64,000 nt of DNA from Bdellovibrionota bacterium (GCA_963668355.1 OY764265.1:2144001-2208000); one strand, 5' to 3'; counted from the stretch's first letter, positions 39,757-48,857 are shown. The notes: generated by a model not told the origin, from the letters alone. Translations and numbers: made by a program.

Positions 39757-41841
39757 ATGAATATCGTTCGAAACCGGTTTTTTGTCTTCGCAATCTTCCT
39801 GGCAATATTTGTTGCTGTAACCTACTTTTTTTTCGGAACTCTTTTACCGACTACAGAAACAAAAAATCTCTGGTTTTATTCAGGGATATTTATGGTTCTC
39901 TTTTCGCTATTGTTTATAGAACCTTATTACACTTCACCAAAAAACGTCATAACCAATACAATTCCTCTCCTCCTGGTATTTACTGCGATAAGGCCAACAA
40001 TTGTTCATGTTGCCGTTTGGTATACTGCAATGGCATGCCTATTGGGGCTTCTTATTTTGTCCCTGTTTTCGCTTGCCCTATATGATTCCGACAAAAGTCC
40101 AGATAACTTAAAAAATAAGCTAGCGAATAGGATTAAGAATTGGGTGGTTTTGGTCGGGCAGGGGAAGGTCTTGTACTCGGCGGTTTTTGGATATTTTCTT
40201 CTTTCCAATTTCTCGATTCAAGACTCATTTGTCCTTTGTTTTTTCGTTATATGGTTTGTTGTCATCGCAATCGATCCAAAATCTCTACATAATGTATTCT
40301 CTATCAGGAAGAGAAAGAGGAGCGGAGAGGAGATAGGAGAAATTTTTGGAGTACAATCCAAAAAGATTTTTCTAGCAAAACTATTTGATGATCGCAGAAG
40401 CATAAAGAAATTCGATGTGGTCTGTTTTCGCTATTCGATGCAAGACGCAGAGGGCTTGGTGTTGACTGGTATTGTGTTTGATACCTACCTTCTAAATCAG
40501 GAAAAGTGGGCCAAGCTTTTGCAGCTTGGTAATCCGACCACATCCGCGTCCACACTTGTTAAGAATGTCGTTTACAAGGTCACTGATAAGAATGAATGCG
40601 ATAAAGTGAGTGAAACTCTTAAAGTGGATTCCTTGGTGGGTGTTGTTGTGGATGGTTCGAATATTGGAAAAATCAAATTTGAATATTCGAAAAAAGTAGA
40701 TGATTTACAGGAAGGGGATCTGTTGGAGTTGAGTGTGGGAAAAAGGAGCCTCTTCTATCAAGTTGTTGGAGGTGCAACTCAGAAAGAGAGACTAGAGGCT
40801 CGAAACGAAACGGGATTTGTGGAGGGAGAAGCAGTGCAACTTGGAGAGTGGGTAGGAGAGAATCTTTCCTTTCACAAATTCGGATGGGTACCATCAATAA
40901 ACACTCCTGTTTTTAAAGCTGATACGAGCAATATCGATGTACGAAAATTCGAATACCCAAAATATACAATCGGTTCAATTCCTGGAACATCTCTACCTTC
41001 AGTCGTTGACCTTGATGAGGCTGTTAGTCATCATATGGCATTAATCGGTGTGACTGGGTCAGGGAAATCTTTTCTTGCTAGAGAGATCATCGATGAAATT
41101 TCTGTTGACACAAAGATTATTTGTATAGATTTTAACGACGAGTTCATATCTGAGTTGTCTCAAGCTCCAATACCTGTTGTCTCGAATAGCGATGCCAAGG
41201 ATATTGCTGCGAACATTCAATGGATTATTGGAGAGCGTGAAAAATGGCCAAAGGATCAAAGTAAGTCTGAAATTAGTAAAAGGGATCTGGCAATCAACAC
41301 GAATCTTCAAACTGAAATTGAAAAGTTTCTTGATAGAGACGGAAATAATGTTGGTGTTTTTGAACTTCCGGACGTTAGTAACACTACGGGAATTCTTGAT
41401 TATACAAAGAGGTTTTTTAGAGCGATTTTTGAAGTTGCAAGAGACAGGCAGCAGAAAGGCACTCCAGCTAAGATATGCGTCGTATTGGAGGAAGCTCACA
41501 CCATAGTTCCCGAATGGAATTTTGCGGGTACGTCGGATAAAACATCTCAAAGTCTAGTAAATAGTATAGGCCAGATTGCGTTGCAGGGTCGAAAGTATGG
41601 AATTGGCTTTTTAGTCATTGCGCAGAGAACTGCAAATGTCTCAAAAACCGTTTTAACTCAATGTAATACTGTTGTGTGTTTTCAAGCTTTTGATGAAACT
41701 AGTTTTAACTTTCTTGGGAACTATGTCGGCAAAGATATTGTCCAGACACTTCCGAATCTAAAGAAATATCATGCGATTGTGGCTGGAAAGGCTGTTGAAT
41801 CCAACATGCCGCTGATTGTTGACCTAACAAGACCAACTTAA
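39757..41841 (+). CDS. Membrane-anchored HerA/FtsK-family ATPase (DUF87-type)
   Basis: About 6 N-terminal TM segments and beta-barrel-like middle domains; HMALIGVTGSGKS, LEEAH, GRKYG, QR and TQCNT motifs. Confidence 0.85.
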   Translation: MNIVRNRFFVFAIFLAIFVAVTYFFFGTLLPTTETKNLWFYSGIFMVLFSLLFIEPYYTSPKNVITNTIPLLLVFTAIRPTIVHVAVWYTAMACLLGLLILSLFSLALYDSDKSPDNLKNKLANRIKNWVVLVGQGKVLYSAVFGYFLLSNFSIQDSFVLCFFVIWFVVIAIDPKSLHNVFSIRKRKRSGEEIGEIFGVQSKKIFLAKLFDDRRSIKKFDVVCFRYSMQDAEGLVLTGIVFDTYLLNQEKWAKLLQLGNPTTSASTLVKNVVYKVTDKNECDKVSETLKVDSLVGVVVDGSNIGKIKFEYSKKVDDLQEGDLLELSVGKRSLFYQVVGGATQKERLEARNETGFVEGEAVQLGEWVGENLSFHKFGWVPSINTPVFKADTSNIDVRKFEYPKYTIGSIPGTSLPSVVDLDEAVSHHMALIGVTGSGKSFLAREIIDEISVDTKIICIDFNDEFISELSQAPIPVVSNSDAKDIAANIQWIIGEREKWPKDQSKSEISKRDLAINTNLQTEIEKFLDRDGNNVGVFELPDVSNTTGILDYTKRFFRAIFEVARDRQQKGTPAKICVVLEEAHTIVPEWNFAGTSDKTSQSLVNSIGQIALQGRKYGIGFLVIAQRTANVSKTVLTQCNTVVCFQAFDETSFNFLGNYVGKDIVQTLPNLKKYHAIVAGKAVESNMPLIVDLTRPT

Positions 41842-41850
41842 GATTCTGTG

Positions 41851-41915
41851 GAATCAAGGGACACATGACGCTATCCAATTAAAGAAAAGAGATACAGTCA
41901 GGCGTTCCCCGATTC
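41851..41915. repeat. GGGACAC hairpin element, subtype A
   Basis: gaatcaagggacacatgacgctatcc...gatacagtcaggcgttccccgattc; homologous to 43519-43585 and 53952-54019. Confidence 0.85.
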
Positions 41916-41919
41916 GGAT

Positions 41920-42588
41920 ATGATTTCAGAGGAGTTTCCAGTTATTTTGATTACAGAACCTTTGTTGATTGGGTGGCATCTTCAAATGGAGCCGGTCAGA
42001 CTACAAGACGGAGCGTTGTTGCACTCAACACTGACGGCACCATTGAAGGAAATACGGAGGTTGGCGGTACGAGATGAACTGACGGGGAAGCATTTGTCGG
42101 AAAGGCAATCGCCATCTTGGGTGGCGGCAATGGGCTACTTCTCTTTAATCGAACAACTTGGAAATGCATATGAGTGCTCGAAAGGGAGCAAAGGGGGTAA
42201 CAATTTCAAAAGAAGTCTGAAGATATTTTCTGGTTTGAATGAAAAGCAGGTTGAGGTGCTTTGGGGACTAAGGTGTTCCCTGTTTCATGATTTCGCAATC
42301 GTTCGAAACGAAGGAAAACCAAAATATATTTTTAACGTAGGGCCTCGTGGAACAGCAAGCTCATTTATTCGTGAGGCTGCCCAAGTTTGGCGGGGAGAAA
42401 TTCCAGAAGATGGAAATCTCAGTTCCTTCGTTACGACGGTTGACCTTTGGGGAATTGGTGATTTGTTTGAGACGGCGATTTTTCCGAAAGTAAAGGATCT
42501 GGCGTCCTCAAAGGAATTAAAAATTAGAAAGTTGTCATTGGTGGAATTTCAATTGAAATATTTTTGGATGATTGGTTCACAAAAATGA
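41920..42588 (+). CDS. Hypothetical protein with an RX4H (HEPN-like) motif
   Basis: Helical protein with LIEQLG and LWGLRCSLFHDF; fills the space between two repeat elements. Start uncertain. Confidence 0.55.
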   Translation: MISEEFPVILITEPLLIGWHLQMEPVRLQDGALLHSTLTAPLKEIRRLAVRDELTGKHLSERQSPSWVAAMGYFSLIEQLGNAYECSKGSKGGNNFKRSLKIFSGLNEKQVEVLWGLRCSLFHDFAIVRNEGKPKYIFNVGPRGTASSFIREAAQVWRGEIPEDGNLSSFVTTVDLWGIGDLFETAIFPKVKDLASSKELKIRKLSLVEFQLKYFWMIGSQK

Positions 42589-42590
42589 AG

Positions 42591-42697
42591 AAATTCGGGG
42601 GACATCGACTTTATATTGCACAGCGAAATAAAGTCGGTGGTGAAGTTCAGGTGACACACAACTTAATTACAAAGTTAAGTTGTGTGTCACCTGAATT
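42591..42697. repeat. Fused hairpin elements, subtype B (right arm truncated) + subtype C
   Basis: aaattcgggggacatcgactttatattgcacagcgaaataaagtcggtg, then ttcaggtgacacacaacttaattacaaagttaagttgtgtgtcacctgaa. Confidence 0.9.
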
Positions 42698-42733
42698 ACG
42701 CAAATCAGGTTCTCGCCCCTGGATCCAAACGTC

Positions 42734-43159
42734 TTAAGAATCGCCTTCCGGCTTCTCGCAAAAACCTGCTATCTGAAAATCTCGCAGAGCGTTGGCCATC
42801 TCTTTCAAAGAGTGTCTACTATTCTTGTAGTTCGCAATGATGAGTTCCGTTCCGCCGCGATTGTACACAAAATGTGTTACCTCGCCCCCTTTAATGACAA
42901 TGCTACAAGGAGCTGGACGAGTCCGGACCTCACAAGTTCCGGTTTCTACTAGTAACCTCAGTTCGGCAGCTATCTCATGCAATTTTTTGCTACTCGAAGC
43001 CAGCCATAAATCCACGCGCAAAGTTGTTTCATTCTTTTCGTTAAACTCCAGTTCGCATTTGGCCATACTTGCATGAGCCTGACCCGCAGACAAGGTGACA
43101 AAAAGAAATAGAGCAGACACTAGGCCCAAAAGGGGAAATGAACGTACGGGCTTAAACAT
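42734..43159 (-). CDS. Secreted hypothetical protein
   Basis: RBS GGGAGG, signal peptide ending AHA, and an internal two-fold repeat (LHEIAAELRLL..TG.C / LKEMANALRDF..AG.C). Confidence 0.7.
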   Translation of the reverse strand: MFKPVRSFPLLGLVSALFLFVTLSAGQAHASMAKCELEFNEKNETTLRVDLWLASSSKKLHEIAAELRLLVETGTCEVRTRPAPCSIVIKGGEVTHFVYNRGGTELIIANYKNSRHSLKEMANALRDFQIAGFCEKPEGDS

Positions 43160-43318
43160 CGAAACCTCCCAATCCAATTACAAACATTTTCTCAAATCTC
43201 CATCCGGCTCTTACCAAACACGATGCAAAGCGTCAAGTCCAGTAATCCCTGCCTTGGAAGCAGGGCTGAGATCGTGGAGCACGAGGCCGAAACCAAATAA
43301 CTCCAGTAATCCAACATT

Positions 43319-43586
43319 AATCAGGGGACGCCCGACGCTATCCGATGGAATCGCGGGACACACGACTGAATTCGATTAAACGTAGTCAGAATCGCGGGAC
43401 ACACGACTGAATTCGATTAAACGTAGTGAAATTCGGGGGACATCGACTTTATATTGCACAGCGAAATCAAGTCGGTGTCCCCAGATTCCAGATTCACGGG
43501 GGTAATTGCGTAGGTTCTAAATCAGGGGACGCCCGACGCTATCCGATTTCAATTAAAGGGATACAGTCGTGTGTCCCCCGATTCCC
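43319..43586. repeat. Cluster of stacked GGGACAC elements and half-elements
   Basis: A left arm (43319-43346), two identical 39-bp half-sites (43348-43386, 43389-43427), a full B (43429-43488), a 20-bp motif (43497-43516) also found at 49966-49985, and a full A (43519-43585). Confidence 0.9.
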
Positions 43587-43848
43587 AAAGTTGGCAAAGC
43601 ACTATTTTGAAAAGGCGTGTGAAGGTGATGGAAAATCAGGATGTTCTTTTGTCGCAAGTAACCTAATAAGGGAAAAGAAATTAGATGAGGGCGTGCGAAT
43701 GTTAGCCAGTTCTTGTAACAAACTAGATGGTTACGCCTGTGAGCTGTTAGGAAAGGTCGTTTTGGAACTTGGGCAGGCAGACGAAAGCAAGAGCATCCTT
43801 AAAAAAGCCTGCGATCTTGGTGATGAAAGCGCTTGCGTCTCTAATTGA
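43587..43848 (+). pseudogene. 5'-truncated Sel1-like repeat (HcpA-type) gene fragment
   Basis: AKHYFEKACE....GC, CNKLDGYACELLG and KKACDLG...AC. The reading frame begins mid-repeat right at the hairpin's right arm. Confidence 0.7.
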
Positions 43849-43960
43849 GCGCGGCAAAGAAAACGACCTACACTGAACAAACACTCAAGTAATTGAATTA
43901 TTTGAAGGTTTTCTCAGTTGAGAATGTGCAACGGGTGTTGTAAAGAATAATAATACATTT

Positions 43961-44920
43961 ATGACTAGAGATAACGGTTCTGCATCCTCCGAAGAGATTT
44001 TTCGGATTTTGACGCTCGATGGTGGTGGGTCAAAGGGCTTTTATACGCTTGGGGTTCTGAAAGAAGTCGAAGCAATGGTAGGGAAGCCATTAGCTAATAC
44101 ATTTGATCTAATTTTCGGAACGAGCACAGGCGCAATAATCGCAGCTATGTTGGCTCTAGGGTATGAAATCGACAAAATTCACTCACTTTACGAAAATGAA
44201 CTAACGAAAATAATGGGATGTTTTACTCCTCGCGGAAAAACGAAGGCGCTAAAAAAGCTGACTGAGGATGAGTTCGAAGAATTGACATTTGAGGACGTGA
44301 AGACGGGACTGGGAATTGTTGCAACTAATTGGGATTTTGAAAGACCGTTGATTTTTAAGTCTGCCATAGAGCTTGCTTATGGGCGTCGAGACACGTTTCT
44401 ACCAGGCTTTGGTTGCACTATAGCGGAAGCAGTTCAAGCATCCTGCGCTGCCTATCCATTTTTTAAGAGGCTAAAAATTACAACTAAGAAGGGCGATGAA
44501 CTTGAATTGGGGGATGGTGGTTTTTGTGCAAATAACCCCACGCTCTTTGCAATTGCCGATGCGATAAAGGCTCTTCGGAAGGATAGAAAAAATCTTCGCG
44601 TTTTGAGTGTCGGTGTTGGAGGGTATCCTAAAGCGAAAAGATGGAATCCATTGGGCTTTTTAGGAAAACTACCAACGGCGCGTTTGGCTGAAAAGACGTA
44701 TTCGGTTAACACCTGCACAATGAATCAATTGAGAGAACTTCTTTTTAAGGATGTAGATACGATTCGGATCAATGAAACTTATGATCGACCAGAGCTGGCA
44801 ACTGATTTTCTGGAAAAAGATTTGAACAAATTGAATAAGTTATTTCAAAGAGGGCGGGATTCTTACTCGAAACAGGAAGTTAAGATAAGGAATGCTCTAG
44901 GCATTAGCATTCCAAGTTAG
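43961..44920 (+). CDS. CBASS patatin-like phospholipase effector (CapV/CapE-type)
   Basis: LTLDGGGSKG, GTSTG (catalytic S) and DGG (catalytic D); directly upstream of a CD-NTase. Confidence 0.9.
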   Translation: MTRDNGSASSEEIFRILTLDGGGSKGFYTLGVLKEVEAMVGKPLANTFDLIFGTSTGAIIAAMLALGYEIDKIHSLYENELTKIMGCFTPRGKTKALKKLTEDEFEELTFEDVKTGLGIVATNWDFERPLIFKSAIELAYGRRDTFLPGFGCTIAEAVQASCAAYPFFKRLKITTKKGDELELGDGGFCANNPTLFAIADAIKALRKDRKNLRVLSVGVGGYPKAKRWNPLGFLGKLPTARLAEKTYSVNTCTMNQLRELLFKDVDTIRINETYDRPELATDFLEKDLNKLNKLFQRGRDSYSKQEVKIRNALGISIPS

Positions 44921-44937
44921 GTTGGAAGTTAGGTTCA

Positions 44938-45834
44938 ATGGGTATACCTCAGACACAGTTGGATACATGGGCTCGTCAAGGCGCTATTCAGACTGCAAAG
45001 AATACCCATGAAACGATTCGAAAAGCTCTAGATGATTGGAATCACTTCCCCGAAGGAATAAACTTTGTGACGTATCTTCAGGGCTCCTACGTGAACGATA
45101 CGAACATCCGGGGAGATAGCGATGTTGATGTGGTAGTCGAGTTAAAGACGACGTATCTCCCTGATTTGACGAAACTTTCCCACCGTGAAAAGGCCCTCTA
45201 TGAGAAGGATAGAGTTCCGGCAGACTATAAGTTCGATGATTTCAAAATAGATGTGTTAGACGCTCTTTTCGCAAGATTCGGTCGAAATTCGGTCAAGCCG
45301 GGCGATAAGGCAATTAAAATTGAAAAAGATTCAAATCGTGTGCCTGCGGATGTTGTTCCAACTATAACGCATCGTCGGTTCGTTAATTACTATGAGGACC
45401 TCTCGCCGGATACGATCGAGGGCATTTCACTTTATAGCGTGCGAGAACAGGATTGGATCATAAATTATCCAAAAAAACATAAAGATAACTGTATTGCGAA
45501 ACAAAAGGCGACCAACGGATGGTTTAAGCCTCTCGTTAGAGTCGTAAAGAACATGCGAACGAGGCTTGTAGATAATGAGGTCATTTCTAAGGAGCTCGCG
45601 CCTTCGTATTTCATAGAGGGATTACTTTTTAATGTGCCAAATCCTAAATTTGGAAAGAGTTATGAAGATACCTTTGTGGAGAGCATTAATTGGATTTTGA
45701 GTGCAGAAAAAAGTTCATTTATTTGCCCTAACGCTCAGCAAAACCTCTTTGGAGGTGGAGGTACATTTTGGTCAGAAGAAAATGCAAACACCTTCATTGA
45801 TGCCCTAGTGAAGTATTGGAACGAATGGGTTTGA
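44938..45834 (+). CDS. cdnE: CBASS cGAS/DncV-like nucleotidyltransferase (CD-NTase, CdnE-like)
   Basis: LQGSYVNDTNIRGDSDVDVV, ADVVP, INYPKKH, FK..VR..K and PSYFIEGLLFNVP motifs. Confidence 0.88.
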   Translation: MGIPQTQLDTWARQGAIQTAKNTHETIRKALDDWNHFPEGINFVTYLQGSYVNDTNIRGDSDVDVVVELKTTYLPDLTKLSHREKALYEKDRVPADYKFDDFKIDVLDALFARFGRNSVKPGDKAIKIEKDSNRVPADVVPTITHRRFVNYYEDLSPDTIEGISLYSVREQDWIINYPKKHKDNCIAKQKATNGWFKPLVRVVKNMRTRLVDNEVISKELAPSYFIEGLLFNVPNPKFGKSYEDTFVESINWILSAEKSSFICPNAQQNLFGGGGTFWSEENANTFIDALVKYWNEWV

Positions 45835-45842
45835 GTAAGGGA

Positions 45843-47588
45843 ATGGGAAGAGGAAATACAATCAAGTTGTTCATGTGGCGGTATCAGTATTATTTTAGGG
45901 TCGAATTAGAGATGTTCGCAAATAGGGTTCTAGAGTCGCTTGGTGCGGAATTCAAAGCGAAGGCACTACTTGTTGGTGCTCGTGTTCCTAGAAGCAAAGA
46001 CCCAAATCCCGTATGTATCGAGCCAGAAGATGGAGAATGGTCTTTAGAATTGTTCAAAAACCTTCATGCGAGAGTGAGGAAAATGGTCGCTTGTCATCCG
46101 ATGAGGAACAGATTTTGTGGGGATGAAGTTCGAATGCGAGAGAAGCCAGAAGAAATTCGAAGACACTCTGTTACTCAAGCTGTGAAGGAAGCGTTGGAAC
46201 CTTTTGATTCAGAAAATGGCGTAGAATCCTTTTGTGGCTTGTCGACTCGGATTGGAAATTTCTACGTTGTCCCAATTCTACAAATCGATAGTAAAAGTAT
46301 CGGAGACGTTCCGGAAGTAAGAAGAGAAGTCAGAGTTGATCGCTTCTCTTTTCATCGGAGCCTTGTTCATGCGGGGATCGCCCGTATTTTAGAAGAATCT
46401 ACGAAGGACCTTTGTGGCCCGGACCCTGGGCGAAACATTAGTCCAAGTAATCACAACGAAAAAGAAATTATTAGACGGTCAGCCCGCGAGTTTATGAAGA
46501 TGCCGGGTGCTGCTATAGGAGGCATTAACTTCCATGTAAATTTGTTTGATAGGGTGAATGCCGTCGCGGCGCTTTTGTACGAGGGAAACGAAGGGAAAGG
46601 GAGATTCATTCTCGTTGATCCGAAGAATGTGGACATAGAATGGAAGCTGAAACTGGAAAGACCCGTCCCTTTTGCAGATGCTAGGTGGACGAGAAAAATT
46701 CTTCAAATGACCTCTGGTGATGTTTCGGTGATTGCAGATTGTAGGGAAATTTATGGGTTGGGAGGCATTCGTGATGGTCACGATTCTAATAGGGAAGATG
46801 TTTTTGAAATAGAATGTCTCGGCCGTCAAAATTGGCAACTGCGTTGTGGGGAACAAATTCTTATTAGGTGTGTCTATGGTGAGGTGGCTATTCCACAAAA
46901 GCCAGTTCAATTTGAATTGTTTGCATCCAACTACCAACGACTATTTAGAGATGCGAGCTCAAATGATGTTCAAAATGCCTGGGACCTTTTAAGTAAAATG
47001 CTCACGCTGGATTACGGAACAATGATTGTATTTGCAGAAGATGCGAAGGAAGAGGCAGCAAGGCTGTCTCGCGAAGGGTCAGTTGTGGAACCATGTAAAA
47101 TGAGTGCGGAAGTGTTGCACCATGTTAGTAAGATCGATGGATCGATTCTGCTTGATCCGTACGGTATGTGCTATGCGATAGGTGTTATTTTAGATGGAAC
47201 TACTAACGCGGAGTGCTCTTCTTCGAGAGGTTCAAGGTATAATTCAGCGATAAGGTATGTATATGCATCGAAGAAGTCTCGGCTGGCGATTGTTACATCA
47301 GACGATCGTACGATCGATGTGACTCCTGCTATGCGTTTTGGAATCAAAAAGTCACTGATTCTTGAAAAAATAAGTGCTTTTGAAAATGCGACAAGGGAAA
47401 ATTACCACTCGCCGTTGTTTTGGTTGGATGACAATCGTTTTTACTTGAATGAAGAAGAATGTTCTCGTGTAAATGTGGCTCTTGATCGAGTTGAGAAATT
47501 TCCAAAAGATGTAGGGCAGGTTGAGCTGGTCTTGGCCCGTTTTGAACCGGACCCGGAAATGAATGACACCTTTTTGTTGGATGAATAG
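45843..47588 (+). CDS. DisA_N/DAC (diadenylate cyclase)-domain protein with long N-terminal putative sensor domains (DACNG/DACNH-like)
   Basis: YEG..G.G, GTMIV, KIDGSILLD...IGVILDG, RGSRYNSA and IVTSDD motifs; RBS AAGGGA; starts 8 nt after the CD-NTase stop. Confidence 0.8.
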   Translation: MGRGNTIKLFMWRYQYYFRVELEMFANRVLESLGAEFKAKALLVGARVPRSKDPNPVCIEPEDGEWSLELFKNLHARVRKMVACHPMRNRFCGDEVRMREKPEEIRRHSVTQAVKEALEPFDSENGVESFCGLSTRIGNFYVVPILQIDSKSIGDVPEVRREVRVDRFSFHRSLVHAGIARILEESTKDLCGPDPGRNISPSNHNEKEIIRRSAREFMKMPGAAIGGINFHVNLFDRVNAVAALLYEGNEGKGRFILVDPKNVDIEWKLKLERPVPFADARWTRKILQMTSGDVSVIADCREIYGLGGIRDGHDSNREDVFEIECLGRQNWQLRCGEQILIRCVYGEVAIPQKPVQFELFASNYQRLFRDASSNDVQNAWDLLSKMLTLDYGTMIVFAEDAKEEAARLSREGSVVEPCKMSAEVLHHVSKIDGSILLDPYGMCYAIGVILDGTTNAECSSSRGSRYNSAIRYVYASKKSRLAIVTSDDRTIDVTPAMRFGIKKSLILEKISAFENATRENYHSPLFWLDDNRFYLNEEECSRVNVALDRVEKFPKDVGQVELVLARFEPDPEMNDTFLLDE

Positions 47589-47656
47589 GTAAGGGACGGC
47601 TCAAGATCAAGGCCAACTTTTTTTTGGTGTGACATGGGATGTTGGAAGAAGGGGAG

Positions 47657-47740
47657 AAATTCAGGGGACACACGACTGAATCCGATTAAACAGATTTCGG
47701 TAATTCCGGGGACACACGACTGAACCCAAATTGAATTTCC
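47657..47740 (+). repeat. Two tandem GGGGACACACGACTGAA half-elements
   Basis: aaattcaggggacacacgactgaatccgattaaac and aattccggggacacacgactgaacccaa. Confidence 0.85.
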
Positions 47741-47809
47741 ACGGAACTTTCGACACATGCCTTTTACCTGCGCATTGAGTAATTTGGTTTAATGTTCTCC
47801 GATTCGCTT

Positions 47810-48637
47810 TTAAAGCTTTTCGGTTCCGATATTGGGGTTGAAGTCAATGGCCTTTTGTTTGACTTCGTTTAGCTTTTCTACAATGGCACTGTAACGTTGT
47901 AGGTCTCGATTTTTCTGTAGTCGGTACTTTGCCATGTCTTCGTTACTTTCCATGAGGGAGCCAAAGGTTTCGATGAATCCCACCAACCTGTTGTGCATAT
48001 GATCAAACCCGATCAGAGTGGTTGGAGTTTGATTTTGTGAACGGTAGGTTTCTAAGGCTCGGAATGCCTCTTCCCTTAAATTAAGTAACTCAAGTTGGCC
48101 TCGGAACATCCCATCATTCCATAACATTAATAGGTAATGATTGAGGGAGTTTGCTAAAGGAGAGTTAGGAGTTTCAAGGGTGGAGGAGCGGCTGTAATCA
48201 TCTCCAAGGAAATGGTTCGATGTTAGAACTCGATCTTTGGTGGTGTTGAATTGGAAGTATAGGCTCCCGAGAATTTGTCGATCTTCTTCTGCCTCCAAGT
48301 TGAGAAGACAATGCTGAAAATAATCTTGCGCCGTTTGTTTGTAGATATCGATCCGCGCTTGAAGCACGTCATGTTGATAATCGAAGAAGGATTCCTCGGA
48401 AGTAAGGAGACCATCGGCTTGCGCCATACGCAGTCCCTGTTCATTGCGATTGAGAAGCTCCATTTTTCCACGCCACATTCCTTCTTTCCATTCCATGGTC
48501 ATGTACGCCACGGCACAATCTTCGAGCGTATCTAGTTTCTCGAAGGTGGGGTGAGGGTGGGTAACCCCAGCATAGGCGTGCCCAGAAAGCATGAGACAGG
48601 CGAGGAAAATCCAAAAAACAACTTTTGATTTCAACAT
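47810..48637 (-). CDS. Secreted alpha-helical hypothetical protein with internal duplication
   Basis: Signal peptide (AYA); repeated W.EGMWRGKMELLN / WNDGMFRGQLELLN. Confidence 0.7.
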   Translation of the reverse strand: MLKSKVVFWIFLACLMLSGHAYAGVTHPHPTFEKLDTLEDCAVAYMTMEWKEGMWRGKMELLNRNEQGLRMAQADGLLTSEESFFDYQHDVLQARIDIYKQTAQDYFQHCLLNLEAEEDRQILGSLYFQFNTTKDRVLTSNHFLGDDYSRSSTLETPNSPLANSLNHYLLMLWNDGMFRGQLELLNLREEAFRALETYRSQNQTPTTLIGFDHMHNRLVGFIETFGSLMESNEDMAKYRLQKNRDLQRYSAIVEKLNEVKQKAIDFNPNIGTEKL

Positions 48638-48711
48638 AATAGCTCCTGACGCTGTGCGTATAACATCGCTCCCAAAATAGGTCAATCAACACGAATATGT
48701 GCATAGATCCA

Positions 48712-48728
48712 CGCAGTATTGGTGCCAG
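48712..48728 (-). promoter_or_regulatory. Putative sigma-54 promoter
   Basis: Minus strand CTGGCACcaataCTGCG, GG-N10-GC, upstream of the 48637 gene. Confidence 0.6.
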
Positions 48729-48740
48729 GCGTATTTCTGC

Positions 48741-48848
48741 AAGTTCCGGTGACACACAACTTAATTACAAAGTTAAGTTGTGTGTCATCTGAATTATATG
48801 GAATCAAAAAGGAATCGCGGGGCAGGTCCATACCTGTCGCCAGAATTC
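48741..48848. repeat. Hairpin element subtype C plus a degenerate short element
   Basis: ggtgacacacaacttaattacaaagttaagttgtgtgtca is nearly identical to the 42643-42697 element; followed by gaatcgcggggcaggt...acctgtcgccagaattc. Confidence 0.85.
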
Positions 48849-48857
48849 GCATGTGAG

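Noticed and set aside
43348..43427. Two identical 39-bp direct repeats as a possible CRISPR array
   Set aside because: Only 2 nt separate them, there are no unique spacers or cas genes, and they are half-sites of the dispersed GGGACAC family.
43426..43586. N-terminal part of the 140-aa ORF 43426-43848
   Set aside because: It is translated repeat DNA; only the Sel1-like portion after about 43587 looks protein-like.
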